Assembly: GCA_963739305.1 (NCBI GenBank)
Contig: CAVTZU010000023.1
Span: 32,001-96,000 of the forward strand
From: Candidatus Bathyarchaeota archaeon
GTDB lineage: Archaea > Thermoproteota > Bathyarchaeia > Bathyarchaeales > Bathycorpusculaceae
Length of the DNA: 64,000 nt
Reading direction: 5' to 3'
Part shown: positions 9,082-18,616 of the stretch, piece after piece
Position numbering within the stretch: the first letter of the stretch is position 1
Layout of the letters: each line of letters starts with the position of its first letter
Notes under the pieces: model-generated
Database searches by the model: none
Seen by the model: only the letters and a program-made list of their open reading frames with translations
Told to the model about the DNA's origin: nothing
Translations under genes and position numbers: made by a program

Positions 9082-9587
9082 ATGTGGAACAACGTCAAGA
9101 AATACTTCGAAGGACACCCTGAACGAATCCAAGTTTCACGGATCTTGATAGAAAACGGATTAGGCGTAAGAAAGGGCAGAATCTACCTCAACGAAATCGA
9201 GATTCCCCCTGTTCGTGTCGCGCGAGCCGCCGGGGTAGACCGGAGAACAGTCAAGGAAACTTTGAACGCGATAGAATCCAACCGAGAACTCCGCGAAATA
9301 TTCGACGGAATAAGGTCAGCGGGACATTCGTTGAGGGAAATTGCGAAGCCCTTGGGGCTAGGAGTGGTTGAAATAACGCCTGTCGACGCGAAAATCCCCG
9401 GGATACTGGCATACTCGGCGCTGATTTTGGCCAAGAATGGCTTAAGCATAAGACAAGCAATCGTGGATGATCCGGAGCTTTCACCCGAGCCGAAATTGAC
9501 GCTTGATTGCCGAGAAGAAAGATTCCTGGAGAATTGATTCCAGAACTGCTTAACGTGAAAGGAGTAGCCAAGGTTTCCGTATACTAG
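9082..9587 (+). CDS. trpY: TrpY-like tryptophan-responsive regulator (HTH + ACT, COG2150); two +1 frameshifts near 9500-9520
   Basis: MW..VK.YFEG.P.R, ARAAGVDRRTV, GVVEI...PGILA and ISIRQA-like..DPEL; expected tail IPGELIPELLNVKGVAKVSVY lies in another frame ending at TAG 9585-9587. Confidence 0.85.
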
Positions 9588-9727
9588 TGAGTGAGCGTCT
9601 GTAACTCGCTCGACCAGTTAGAATTGGCCATTAGAACGCCATGTTCTTGACAGAAAAGATAATAGCTTCCACTAAGCCCGAATTAGAATCAGAACGTTCC
9701 CATGACAAAATTATGGATGGCTGACTC

Positions 9728-11728
9728 ATGGCAAGAATAGGCGTCTACGTCTGCCACTGTGGCCTCAACATCGCCGGGGTCGTTGATGTTGAGAAAGTGG
9801 CCGAGTACGCGAAAACCTTGCCAAACGTTGTAGCAGCCAAGCATTATACTTACATGTGTTCCGAACCAGGTCAACGATTGATTCAAGACGACATCAAAGC
9901 GCACAAACTGGACAGGGTGGTTATTGCAACCTGTTCTCCGCGCATGCATGAAGAAACCTTCCGCAGAGCCGTCGCAGAAGCCGGGCTTAACCCTTACTTG
10001 ACGGAAATCGTGAACCTGCGAGAACACGTCTCATGGGCGCACATGCATGAACCTGAGAAGGCCACGGAAAAAGCTAAGGCACTCGTTAGGATGGGCGTTG
10101 CCCGCGCAACAATGCTTGAACCTCTGGAGAAACGCAAGGTAAGCGTCGAAAAGAACGTACTGGTCGTCGGCGGTGGAATCGCGGGCATCCAAGCATCATT
10201 AGATCTAGCCAACGCCGGTTTCAAAGTGTACGTCGTTGAAAAGGCACCCAGCATCGGAGGCCGAATGTCCCAACTAGACAAAACGTTTCCAACCCTTGAC
10301 TGCAGCGCTTGCATTCTCACGCCGAAAATGGTCGACGTGGCAAAAAACAGGAACATCACGCTTCTGACGAACGCGGAAGTCACCGGCGTGAGCGGATTCG
10401 TAGGGAACTACGAGGTTTCAATACTGAAGAACCCGCGGTACGTCGATGAAAAGAAGTGCGTCGGCTGCGAACTGTGCACGAAAGTTTGCCCAGTGAAGAT
10501 TCCGGACAAATTCAACGAGAACCTCACCGAGAAAAAAGCCATCTACATTTATTCGGCGCATGCAGTGCCCAACATCGCGATAATCAGTCCTCAGAACTGT
10601 TTGAGGCTGAAGCTTGACAAAGAAGTCTGCGGCAAATGCCAAGCTGCCTGCGAAGCCAAAGCCATAGACTTCAAGCAGAAACCAGTAACAATGAAGGTGA
10701 AGGTCGGCGGAATAGTCATCGCTGTAGGCTCAGAGGTTTTTGACGCGACACGAATCGCTGAACTAGGGTATGGAAGGTTCAAAAACGTTATTTCAAACAT
10801 AGAGTTTGAGAGAATATCTGACGCGTCCGGACCGACGGGCGGAAAAATCCAGAGTCCCAAAGACGGAAAGACCCCAAAAACCATAGCCTTCATCCAGTGC
10901 GTCGGCTCTCGTGACAAACGTTTTCATGAATACTGCTGCCGCGTCGGATGCATGGTAACGCTCAAACAAGCGATCTTAGCGCGCGAAAAGATACACGACG
11001 ACATAAGAATCTACGTTTGTTACATCGATCTGCGAGCCTTCGGCAAAGGCTACGACGAATTCTACAGCCGCGCAAGAGACATGGACATCGACTTCATCGC
11101 GGCAGTACCGTCAGAAATCCATCAGGCAGCAGACGGTTCACTCTACTTCGACGTTTACGACAAGAACACAAACAAGCTGCTACAGGTCCATGCAGACATG
11201 GTCGTACTTGGAACAGGACTCGTTCCAAACAGTGACCTCCAGAAAATCAGCGCATTGTTTCACGCTTCAAGAAGCACAGACGGCTTCCTGCTAGAAGCAC
11301 ACCCCAAGTTGAGACCGCTTGAGAGCGCGATGGCAGGGGTATTCCTGGCAGGCGCTTGTCAGGGACCCAAAGACATTCCCGACACAGTGGCGCAGGCAAG
11401 CGGAGCAGCCGCGAAAGCTATAGATCTGCTTTCCAGCGGAGAAATCGAGCTTGAACCCTTGAAAGCCGTGGTGGACAAGGACCTCTGCAGTGGATGTAGA
11501 ATTTGCGAATCGATATGCCCGTTCATCGCGATCGAGATGAAGACTGAAAAAGTCAAAGGCGAAGAAAAGGTCAGAGCGGAAGTCATCGAAGCGATGTGCC
11601 AAGGATGCGGCGTCTGCAGTTCAGCATGCCCCACGAGCGCCATCAAGATCCAGCAGTTCAACAATAAACAGATACTCACCCAGGTTGAAGCCGGACTAGC
11701 CGAGGCTTGTGCTCAAGGAGGAAAATGA
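9728..11728 (+). CDS. hdrA: Heterodisulfide reductase subunit A
   Basis: RIGVYVCHCG, GGGIAG FAD motif, DKTFPTLDCSACI, QCVGSRD..YCCRVGC, GACQGPKDI and ferredoxin CxxCxxC motifs. Confidence 0.96.
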   Translation: MARIGVYVCHCGLNIAGVVDVEKVAEYAKTLPNVVAAKHYTYMCSEPGQRLIQDDIKAHKLDRVVIATCSPRMHEETFRRAVAEAGLNPYLTEIVNLREHVSWAHMHEPEKATEKAKALVRMGVARATMLEPLEKRKVSVEKNVLVVGGGIAGIQASLDLANAGFKVYVVEKAPSIGGRMSQLDKTFPTLDCSACILTPKMVDVAKNRNITLLTNAEVTGVSGFVGNYEVSILKNPRYVDEKKCVGCELCTKVCPVKIPDKFNENLTEKKAIYIYSAHAVPNIAIISPQNCLRLKLDKEVCGKCQAACEAKAIDFKQKPVTMKVKVGGIVIAVGSEVFDATRIAELGYGRFKNVISNIEFERISDASGPTGGKIQSPKDGKTPKTIAFIQCVGSRDKRFHEYCCRVGCMVTLKQAILAREKIHDDIRIYVCYIDLRAFGKGYDEFYSRARDMDIDFIAAVPSEIHQAADGSLYFDVYDKNTNKLLQVHADMVVLGTGLVPNSDLQKISALFHASRSTDGFLLEAHPKLRPLESAMAGVFLAGACQGPKDIPDTVAQASGAAAKAIDLLSSGEIELEPLKAVVDKDLCSGCRICESICPFIAIEMKTEKVKGEEKVRAEVIEAMCQGCGVCSSACPTSAIKIQQFNNKQILTQVEAGLAEACAQGGK

Positions 11729-11729
11729 G

Positions 11730-12239
11730 TTGAGCCTCATTGATTTGATGTCGATGGCCAAGCCTAACAAGCCGTCGCGAGACAAGATCATCTCGAAGCT
11801 GAAAGGAAGAGAACTTGTCAACTGCTTCCAGTGCATGAGATGCACGAGCGGCTGCACGGCGCTGAAACTCCTTGAGCTGAAACCAAATGAAGTCGTAAAG
11901 CTTGTCAACTTGGGCTTCGTTGACGAGTTACCGTCCTCGGACATAATCTGGACCTGTGTAACCTGCCTGAAATGCGTCGAGAGATGCCCGCAAAAAGCGT
12001 CACCGTACCACGTTATCATGGCTTTGAGAAACATCGCCGTTGAGAAGGAAGCGAAAATCCCTGAAGGATACCTCAAAGCTGTTTCACAGATACTGGAAAC
12101 TGGTCTAGCAGAACCGCCTCAAAAAATCGTTACCAGAAAAATGGAAACCTTCGATCGAGAATGCTTGAATCTCCCAAAGATTAAACTTCCAAAAGAGAGC
12201 TTCCAAGTCGTTCTAATGAAGGCGATGGAGGAGAAATAG
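11730..12239 (+). CDS. hdrC: Heterodisulfide reductase subunit C
   Basis: CFQCMRCTSGC and WTCVTCLKCVERCP; lies between hdrA and hdrB; exact start uncertain. Confidence 0.9.
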   Translation: MSLIDLMSMAKPNKPSRDKIISKLKGRELVNCFQCMRCTSGCTALKLLELKPNEVVKLVNLGFVDELPSSDIIWTCVTCLKCVERCPQKASPYHVIMALRNIAVEKEAKIPEGYLKAVSQILETGLAEPPQKIVTRKMETFDRECLNLPKIKLPKESFQVVLMKAMEEK

Positions 12240-12240
12240 G

Positions 12241-13116
12241 ATGAAGGTCGCCGTTTTCTGGGGCTGCTGCATTCAAGCAAACCAGTATGCTTATGAAATG
12301 TCACTTCGGGAAACTCTTCCCAAGTTCGGTGTCGAATTAGTTGACCTTAGGGAAACCTTTTGCTGCGGCGATCCAGTCAAGAGCATGAACGAGTTTGCTG
12401 CAACCTTCCTAGCCGCCAGAATTCTCGCTTTGGCAAGATTGACGGGTCTCGAAAACCTGCTTGTTCCATGCAACCGCTGCCACTTCACGATATCTGAAGC
12501 GCAAGACACGATCAGAAGAAGCCCACAGATAGCTGGCAAAGTCCGTGAGCTGCTGAAAGAGGAGGGTCTAGAATATGCCGGCGATGTCAAGATTTGGCAC
12601 ACGATCGATTTCTTGCACGACTTCGTGGGACTTGAAAAAGTCAAAAAGGCGGTCACGATGCCTCTGAAGGGCTTGAAGATTGCTTCTCACGTTGGCTGTC
12701 AGATAATACGTTATAGCGATCTTGGAAGGGTTGATGAAGCAGAGAACCCTAGAAAGTTCGACGAGCTCTTAACCGTCTTGGGCGCTGAAACAGTGGATTA
12801 TCCGGAGAAACTCGACTGCTGTGGAGCCGCATTGAATCGCAGTCATCCTGACAGCGCGCTTTCACTCGCAGGATCCAAGCTCAAAGCAGTGCAGAGCCTG
12901 AACGTGGGAGGAATGGCTGTGTCCTGTCCAGACTGTCAGCTCATGTTTGATTCGAGGCAGAAGGACGCTGGAACAACGGTAGGAGCGAAGCTCAACGTCC
13001 CCGTGGTCTACTACACTCAGCTGCTCGGGCTTGCCTTAGGCATTGACCAGAAAAAGCTCGGCCTGCACTTGAACCAGAGCCCTGCCGAAGAACTCGTTGC
13101 AAAGATTCAATGCTAA
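12241..13116 (+). CDS. hdrB: Heterodisulfide reductase subunit B
   Basis: Two CCG domains (GCC..CCG..CNRC; GC..CCG..CPDC) and YYTQLLGLALG. Confidence 0.93.
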   Translation: MKVAVFWGCCIQANQYAYEMSLRETLPKFGVELVDLRETFCCGDPVKSMNEFAATFLAARILALARLTGLENLLVPCNRCHFTISEAQDTIRRSPQIAGKVRELLKEEGLEYAGDVKIWHTIDFLHDFVGLEKVKKAVTMPLKGLKIASHVGCQIIRYSDLGRVDEAENPRKFDELLTVLGAETVDYPEKLDCCGAALNRSHPDSALSLAGSKLKAVQSLNVGGMAVSCPDCQLMFDSRQKDAGTTVGAKLNVPVVYYTQLLGLALGIDQKKLGLHLNQSPAEELVAKIQC

Positions 13117-13132
13117 TTTTCCTGAAGGAGAC

Positions 13133-13885
13133 TTAATTTTCTCGCCATTTGGATTTTATGGAAGTCAACGCTATGAAAGCCAGAGTCATCGTTATGAGGA
13201 TCGCCCATCGGACGACAACGGTCTCCAGTGGAAGCGGCAGCAGTCCCATGTAGTACCTGATAAGGCCTGCCACGTTTGACGTTGGAACGGCAACTGATAC
13301 CCAGCTGAGGCTTCCCAGCTGGGCTTCGCTAAAGTAAACGGGTGGAATGAAGATGAACCCTATCCCTAGCAAGTTTGACAGGTTATTCAGCACCATTTGG
13401 CTTGACTTGAAGAGATACGTTGATATCATGAAGCCCATCGTGCTCATCGTCGCCCAAACAATGATGAGCGATGGAATAACCCACATCAAAGTCTGAAGCG
13501 TCAGGAACCCCAGATAGGCCGTTATTGCTCCGAAGAAAATCAAGCTTGGAATAGAAAGCATCAGGGGCGCCAAAGCTATCCCAAGAGCATATGAAGCAGG
13601 ATGCACAGGCATCGCCACAATCATCTCACGTATCTTCACGTACCTGTCCCATGAAATATCTTGAATGCCCGACATCACTCCAGCGAAGGAGACGCTCGCA
13701 ACCATGGCGCCAATCAGTCCGTGAAGAATCACGTTTCCTCCACTGCTGAACATCAGCATGAAGAAAAGTGGAATAGCGCTTATCATAGCCAGCAGTATCA
13801 GCATCAGCGGGTTCCTTCGAAAGTCCGGGTACGACTTTATCCATGCGATAATGAACGTGTCTTTAACGACTTTACTGATTCCCAT
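13133..13885 (-). CDS. ABC-2 type exporter permease
   Basis: Six hydrophobic segments with PPVYF motif; overlaps the ATPase gene. Confidence 0.85.
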   Translation of the reverse strand: MGISKVVKDTFIIAWIKSYPDFRRNPLMLILLAMISAIPLFFMLMFSSGGNVILHGLIGAMVASVSFAGVMSGIQDISWDRYVKIREMIVAMPVHPASYALGIALAPLMLSIPSLIFFGAITAYLGFLTLQTLMWVIPSLIIVWATMSTMGFMISTYLFKSSQMVLNNLSNLLGIGFIFIPPVYFSEAQLGSLSWVSVAVPTSNVAGLIRYYMGLLPLPLETVVVRWAILITMTLAFIALTSIKSKWREN

Positions 13886-14801
13886 TGTTGTTCAAACCTC
13901 CAACAAGTTTGATGAAAACATCCTCAAGCGTGACAGGAGAAGCTTCGGCACGCAAATTCATCTTTAAACTCGCTTTCAACAGATCAATCGCTTCGTCTTG
14001 GCTCTTCACGTAGACGATGTTCCGGTCCCCCAATTTTGCAACTTCGCCAAAACTTGAAAGCTGCGTGAATTCGCCGTTGACCACGACCCTGAATCTCTCT
14101 TGCACTAGTTCCTTGATTTCTTCAGGCGTGCCACACGCAACGACACTACCCTTATTGACGATAGCCAACCTGTCAGAAACCATCTCAGCTTCCTCCATCA
14201 TGTGCGTCGTCAACAATATCGTCTTTCCATCCTTCACCAGATCTCTCAGCGCAGACCAAACTCCACGTCTCGCCACTGCGTCTAACCCACTCGTGGGTTC
14301 ATCAAGCATAAGGACGTCCGCATTCGACGACAAGACAGATGCAATAATCGCTCTCCTCCTCTCCCCGCCAGACAAGGTTTGGCACATGCGGTTTCTAAGC
14401 TCCCACAAATCAACCGTCTTCAAAGCTGCCTCAGCCTTCAGCTTGGCGTCCGCGGAGGATATACCCCTTAAACGGGCAAAATAATACCCGTATTCCCACG
14501 GCGTGAAATTGTTGTAGGTCGCAACGTCCTGGGGAACGACAGCAATGTGCTTCCGAACTTCCTCCGCCTCGGTTACAACACTGTGACCAAAGATCATTGC
14601 GTCGCCGCCACTCGGAAAAAGTTGAGTGGAGATGATGCGCAGAAAAGTCGTCTTGCCCGCCCCGTTCGGGCCCAATAACGTGAAGAGTTCACCTTTGCCA
14701 ACATCTATGTTCACGCCTTTCAAAGCCTCAATTGCCTCTCTGCTATGGTACGTCTTGCACAAGCCCATCGACTTCACGGCAACAGCGTCCAATGTCGTCA
14801 C
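13872..14801 (-). CDS. ABC exporter ATP-binding subunit
   Basis: GPNGAGKTT, LSGGE, LDEPTSGLD and TTH; start chosen at GTG 14801. Confidence 0.95.
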   Translation of the reverse strand: MTTLDAVAVKSMGLCKTYHSREAIEALKGVNIDVGKGELFTLLGPNGAGKTTFLRIISTQLFPSGGDAMIFGHSVVTEAEEVRKHIAVVPQDVATYNNFTPWEYGYYFARLRGISSADAKLKAEAALKTVDLWELRNRMCQTLSGGERRRAIIASVLSSNADVLMLDEPTSGLDAVARRGVWSALRDLVKDGKTILLTTHMMEEAEMVSDRLAIVNKGSVVACGTPEEIKELVQERFRVVVNGEFTQLSSFGEVAKLGDRNIVYVKSQDEAIDLLKASLKMNLRAEASPVTLEDVFIKLVGGLNNNGNQ

Positions 14802-14944
14802 TGCCTTCGATCTAACTGAAAGTAGCCGTCTTTTTAAAGCCCAACGCACGAGGAATAATCACAGATTGTGACTAGGGCATGCTCAAAGTAAATCGAATAG
14901 AAGAGAAAAAAGACAAAAAAGGGAAAACTGGAGGTATCCAGACT

Positions 14945-16093
14945 CTAGGATGAAGCCGTAACGTTGAAAGTCTGAAAGCCTTCACCCATCAGCCTAATGG
15001 TGTACGTGTCGTTAGCAATCGGAGTCACAACTATTGGCGGACCCTTCATGCAGTCTTTATCGGGATGTAGCGCGATGACGCCGCTGAAAGTCAACGTAGC
15101 ATTTTGCCCAGGCGCCAGAGTCAATGCAGAAACTTCCGTGCCCGCATTATCCTTATCTTTATACGCGTCTCCGAGAAGCGGAATCAGAGATGAACCGTTC
15201 ACTCTGAAGGGAAGCGTGTCCGGATGAATCCTTTCAACGATCTCTTCATCTATCATCTCACCCCGCATATTCTTAGTCTCCCAATCCTGTGTTGCGTTGA
15301 ATTCACCGTGAAGCGTCAGCCCGAATATCCTGAAAGTAATGTTACCCGCGTTCGTCAGAGTAACCGAAAGACCAGTGACATTGCCGTTCACCGAAAGCGA
15401 AGCCGAAACGATCGTTACGTTGTTCAAAAACTTCTCGACCACACGCACGAGCTTTTCTCTGTTGTCCTGTCCCAGTTCAACAATGGTTCCAACCTTGATC
15501 TGATCTCGGGTCAAGCTAGTTACAACCGTAGCAATCGCACTTGGAACCAACACGTAGTAGTTCACCAAAGTTCCGTTGGAGTCAGTTGCTTGTATCTGCA
15601 CCAGCGTTGGATTGAAGTCTACCAGCACGCCGGAAAGTGTCTGATTTACCTGAGCGTTCGCCACCGACACCACCAAAGTGTTCGACAAAGCAGTCACAGG
15701 ATACACGGTTCCGTTAACTTTAGCTTCAACGTCAGCGATTGAAAACTGAATCTTGTCCACCGTTGAACCACTCGGAATCGTCGTAGAAGCAATGGTCTGA
15801 CTCATGTTGACTAACGAGAACAGATTAACCGTCCCGGAAGCGTTGACAGGAAGCCAATCTGAAGTTCCATTTGGATAAGCCACGTGAAGCGAAACGTTAG
15901 AGTACGTCAGATTAAGCACTGTAGTCCCAGCAGGCACCGTCGGAGGATCAGTTAACATCACAAGAAAAGACGCTCCAGCAGAAGTCTGATTAGGCGTGAA
16001 AGACAATGGGTTAGCAAACAAGACGACACCAATAACAACAATCGCCATTAGCACTGCGGCCAAACCGTACTTTAAAGTCCATTTTCCTGGCAT
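14945..16093 (-). CDS. Membrane-anchored surface glycoprotein (DUF4382-like N-terminal domain)
   Basis: N-terminal TM/signal, MLTDPP motif, beta-rich, 17 N-x-S/T sequons by manual count; ATG 16093 with GAGGAG SD. Confidence 0.75.
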   Translation of the reverse strand: MPGKWTLKYGLAAVLMAIVVIGVVLFANPLSFTPNQTSAGASFLVMLTDPPTVPAGTTVLNLTYSNVSLHVAYPNGTSDWLPVNASGTVNLFSLVNMSQTIASTTIPSGSTVDKIQFSIADVEAKVNGTVYPVTALSNTLVVSVANAQVNQTLSGVLVDFNPTLVQIQATDSNGTLVNYYVLVPSAIATVVTSLTRDQIKVGTIVELGQDNREKLVRVVEKFLNNVTIVSASLSVNGNVTGLSVTLTNAGNITFRIFGLTLHGEFNATQDWETKNMRGEMIDEEIVERIHPDTLPFRVNGSSLIPLLGDAYKDKDNAGTEVSALTLAPGQNATLTFSGVIALHPDKDCMKGPPIVVTPIANDTYTIRLMGEGFQTFNVTASS

Positions 16094-16145
16094 TCTTATT
16101 CTCCTCTGCGCCTTTAAGGGCAGGAAAAGATAAAAACCTACATTT

Positions 16146-16183
16146 TTGAAAGCTCTTTCAACATCGTTGAACAAAGCTTTCAA
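16146..16183. promoter_or_regulatory. Palindromic half-site array (TTGAA-N6-TTCAA-N5-TTGAA-N7-TTCAA), candidate operator
   Basis: Read directly; lies just upstream (minus-strand sense) of TATA-like TTTTTATC (16129-16136) of the surface protein gene. Confidence 0.55.
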
Positions 16184-16222
16184 CAACCTTTAATGATGCT
16201 TTCGGCACGCTCTGCTCCATGG

Positions 16223-16642
16223 TCAGACGGACAGTCTGCGCCAGAGTCTCAACGTCTCGTACCAGAACACAAGAACCATTGCTGCGCAAAGAGCTACCAA
16301 GTACAATACGAAGCCCTGCGCGTACAGTGCCTCAAACGAGAAGAACGCCGCGAGAATAGTGAAGAGCAACGCGAAGAAGAATAGTTGCGGCACGATCGCG
16401 GGCCCCATCTTCGAGTAACCCTCAAGAATCTTGTCCGATGTCTCCTTAACTGCGAAATACCTTCCATGCTCGTCCTGCATCACGAAGCCCGCCTCCGAAA
16501 GCTTTCCAAGATGATAAGAAGCAAGAGAAGGCGAAGATAAGCCGACCCCATGCTGAACATCCCTAAGCTCAGAAGGACCATGCCTCAGCAAGTACAAGTA
16601 GACTTTCAGCGCGTTACCCCTAACTTCCTGACTGACAGACAT
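16223..16642 (-). CDS. Membrane-tethered winged-HTH transcriptional regulator
   Basis: LKVYLYLL...ELRDVQ..VGLSSPSLASYHLGKL...GFV wHTH followed by two TM helices. Confidence 0.8.
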   Translation of the reverse strand: MSVSQEVRGNALKVYLYLLRHGPSELRDVQHGVGLSSPSLASYHLGKLSEAGFVMQDEHGRYFAVKETSDKILEGYSKMGPAIVPQLFFFALLFTILAAFFSFEALYAQGFVLYLVALCAAMVLVFWYETLRLWRRLSV

Positions 16643-16699
16643 TGTGGGTCACAAATGAACAACAACAACCTTTTAACGCTTATGACTGCTAGTTCAGAA

Positions 16700-17674
16700 C
16701 TACTGAAGCAGTTTGTTCAGCGCATCCTTCAACGCAGGCACTACTTCATAGAGGTTGCCTACAACGCAGTAGTCAGCAACTTCAAAGATCGGTGCTTCAG
16801 GGTCCTTGTTGATAGCCACAATAACCTTTGAGTCTCGTATTCCAGCCACGTGTTGAATCACGCCGGACACACCGATGGCGATGTACAATTTAGGCTTGAC
16901 TTTGTGACCGGACAAGCCGATCCAATCCGCAAACCATTTGCGATCCTCAACTAACGGACGCGAACTGCCAACTTGGCCGCCGAGAACCTTAGCAAGGTCT
17001 TCAATCAGCACAACATCGTCCTTTTTCTCCAAACCTCTTCCGATGGTTACTATGTACTGTGCGTCCTCTATTCTGACGTTTGAGGTTGCAAGCGGTTTTC
17101 TTTCAACGACCTCAGTCTTGGGCTGCTCAACTTCAAAGTCAACTTTCACTACCTGCCCGCTTCGATCCTTGCTCTCAGGTTTTTCAAAAGAGCGTGAAGG
17201 CACGGTTGCAATCTGTGGTTTAGACTTGAACGTTACTTTGGCAATGGCGTTTCCACCGTATGTCATGCGTTCCCCGATCAGCCTTCTATTCTCATCAACG
17301 CTCAGTCTTGTGCAGTCAGGAACGCAGCCTGTTTCTAGTCGTGTTGCAAGCCTTGCAGCAAGAGGCCTACCATTTCTCGTCGACCCGACTATCAGGATTT
17401 CAGGACGATGAGTTGTGGCAAGGTTTTGAATGATGCTCAAGTATGCTTCGGGTTGAAAACGCTCCAAACCCGGATTCTCAGCCAAGTACACTTTGTCTGC
17501 GCCGTACTTCACAAGCTCGTTTGCTTTGTCTTGCATATTGTTTCCGATTACAATCGCTGCAAGCTCCGTTTGTAACTTGTCAGCCAGCTCTCTTCCTTTT
17601 CCAACTAGTTCCGCAGCCAAATCATTAGATTCAGAGAAGACCCAGATACCCCTGTGCTCGCTCATGCTGCTCAC
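16700..17674 (-). CDS. etfA: Electron transfer flavoprotein alpha subunit
   Basis: GRG, GSSRP, IGLSG..VKPKLYIAIGVSG.IQH.AG and AINKDPEAPIF. Confidence 0.95.
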   Translation of the reverse strand: MSSMSEHRGIWVFSESNDLAAELVGKGRELADKLQTELAAIVIGNNMQDKANELVKYGADKVYLAENPGLERFQPEAYLSIIQNLATTHRPEILIVGSTRNGRPLAARLATRLETGCVPDCTRLSVDENRRLIGERMTYGGNAIAKVTFKSKPQIATVPSRSFEKPESKDRSGQVVKVDFEVEQPKTEVVERKPLATSNVRIEDAQYIVTIGRGLEKKDDVVLIEDLAKVLGGQVGSSRPLVEDRKWFADWIGLSGHKVKPKLYIAIGVSGVIQHVAGIRDSKVIVAINKDPEAPIFEVADYCVVGNLYEVVPALKDALNKLLQ

Positions 17675-18460
17675 CTTCCAACCACGCCTTCTTGGACCAA
17701 CGCCTTAGCCAGTTTTTCCGCGATTTCCTGCACGTTTTCGCCAGTGATCTTGATCCTCTTCCTCTCCATCTTAGGAGCCAAAGCCTCCAAAACCTCGATC
17801 TTCGAAGCGATTTTGTCGACTGGAACGTTCAAGTCTTTCAGAGACCACGTGACTATCTCTTTCTTCGAAGCCTTCATGATATTCATAAGCGACGGTATCC
17901 TCGGCGTGTTAATTTCCCGAGTGACAGACACGACCACCGGCATCTTCGCTTTCACAGACTCAACCGCATCTTCAAGGGACCTTTCAGCCACTATTGAGTC
18001 GCCTTCCACCGTGACTTTGCTGACCGAAGTCACCTGGGGCAGGTTAAGCAACTCAGCCATTCTCGGACCGACCAATCCAGAGAAACTGTCGAGAGACGTG
18101 TCGCCGCAGAGAACCAGATCGAACTCACCGATTTTCTTCGCCATCTCAGCAAGAACATAAGCTGTCCCTGAAGTGTCTGCTCCCTGAAAAGCAGGATCGT
18201 TGACGCAGAAGGCTTTGTCGGCGCCGATCGCGAGTCCTTCTCTTAAAACTGCCTTCGCGTCCTCAGAACCAGCTGTCAAAGTGAAAACTTCAACGTCCAG
18301 CAGTCTTTTCCTTTATTCTAATGGCTTCTTCTAGCGCGTTCTTGTCAAAATCGCTCATTTTCCTAGGCGCGCCTGCCGTGATCAACTGTCGCGTTGCTGG
18401 ATCAACTTTCAACTGGGAAACATCGACTGCTTGTTTGAGGCAAACGAGTATGCGTTTCAA
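17671..18460 (-). CDS. etfB: Electron transfer flavoprotein beta subunit; +1 frameshift near 18305
   Basis: MKRILVCLKQAVD...DFDKNALEEAIRIKE from TTG 18460, then DVEVFTLTAG...GADKA...PRIPSL in the next frame. Confidence 0.9.
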
Positions 18461-18616
18461 ATTCTTTCACCAACACCCAAACTGACTGGAGAAACGAACG
18501 TTGGAATCTGCAATATTAAAACTTTCGCCCCCTTTGTGAAAAATGTGAAAGACACAAGAAACGCCTAAATAAGTATGATCAATAAGCAACCTGAATGGTC
18601 AGAAGAGGAGAACAGA

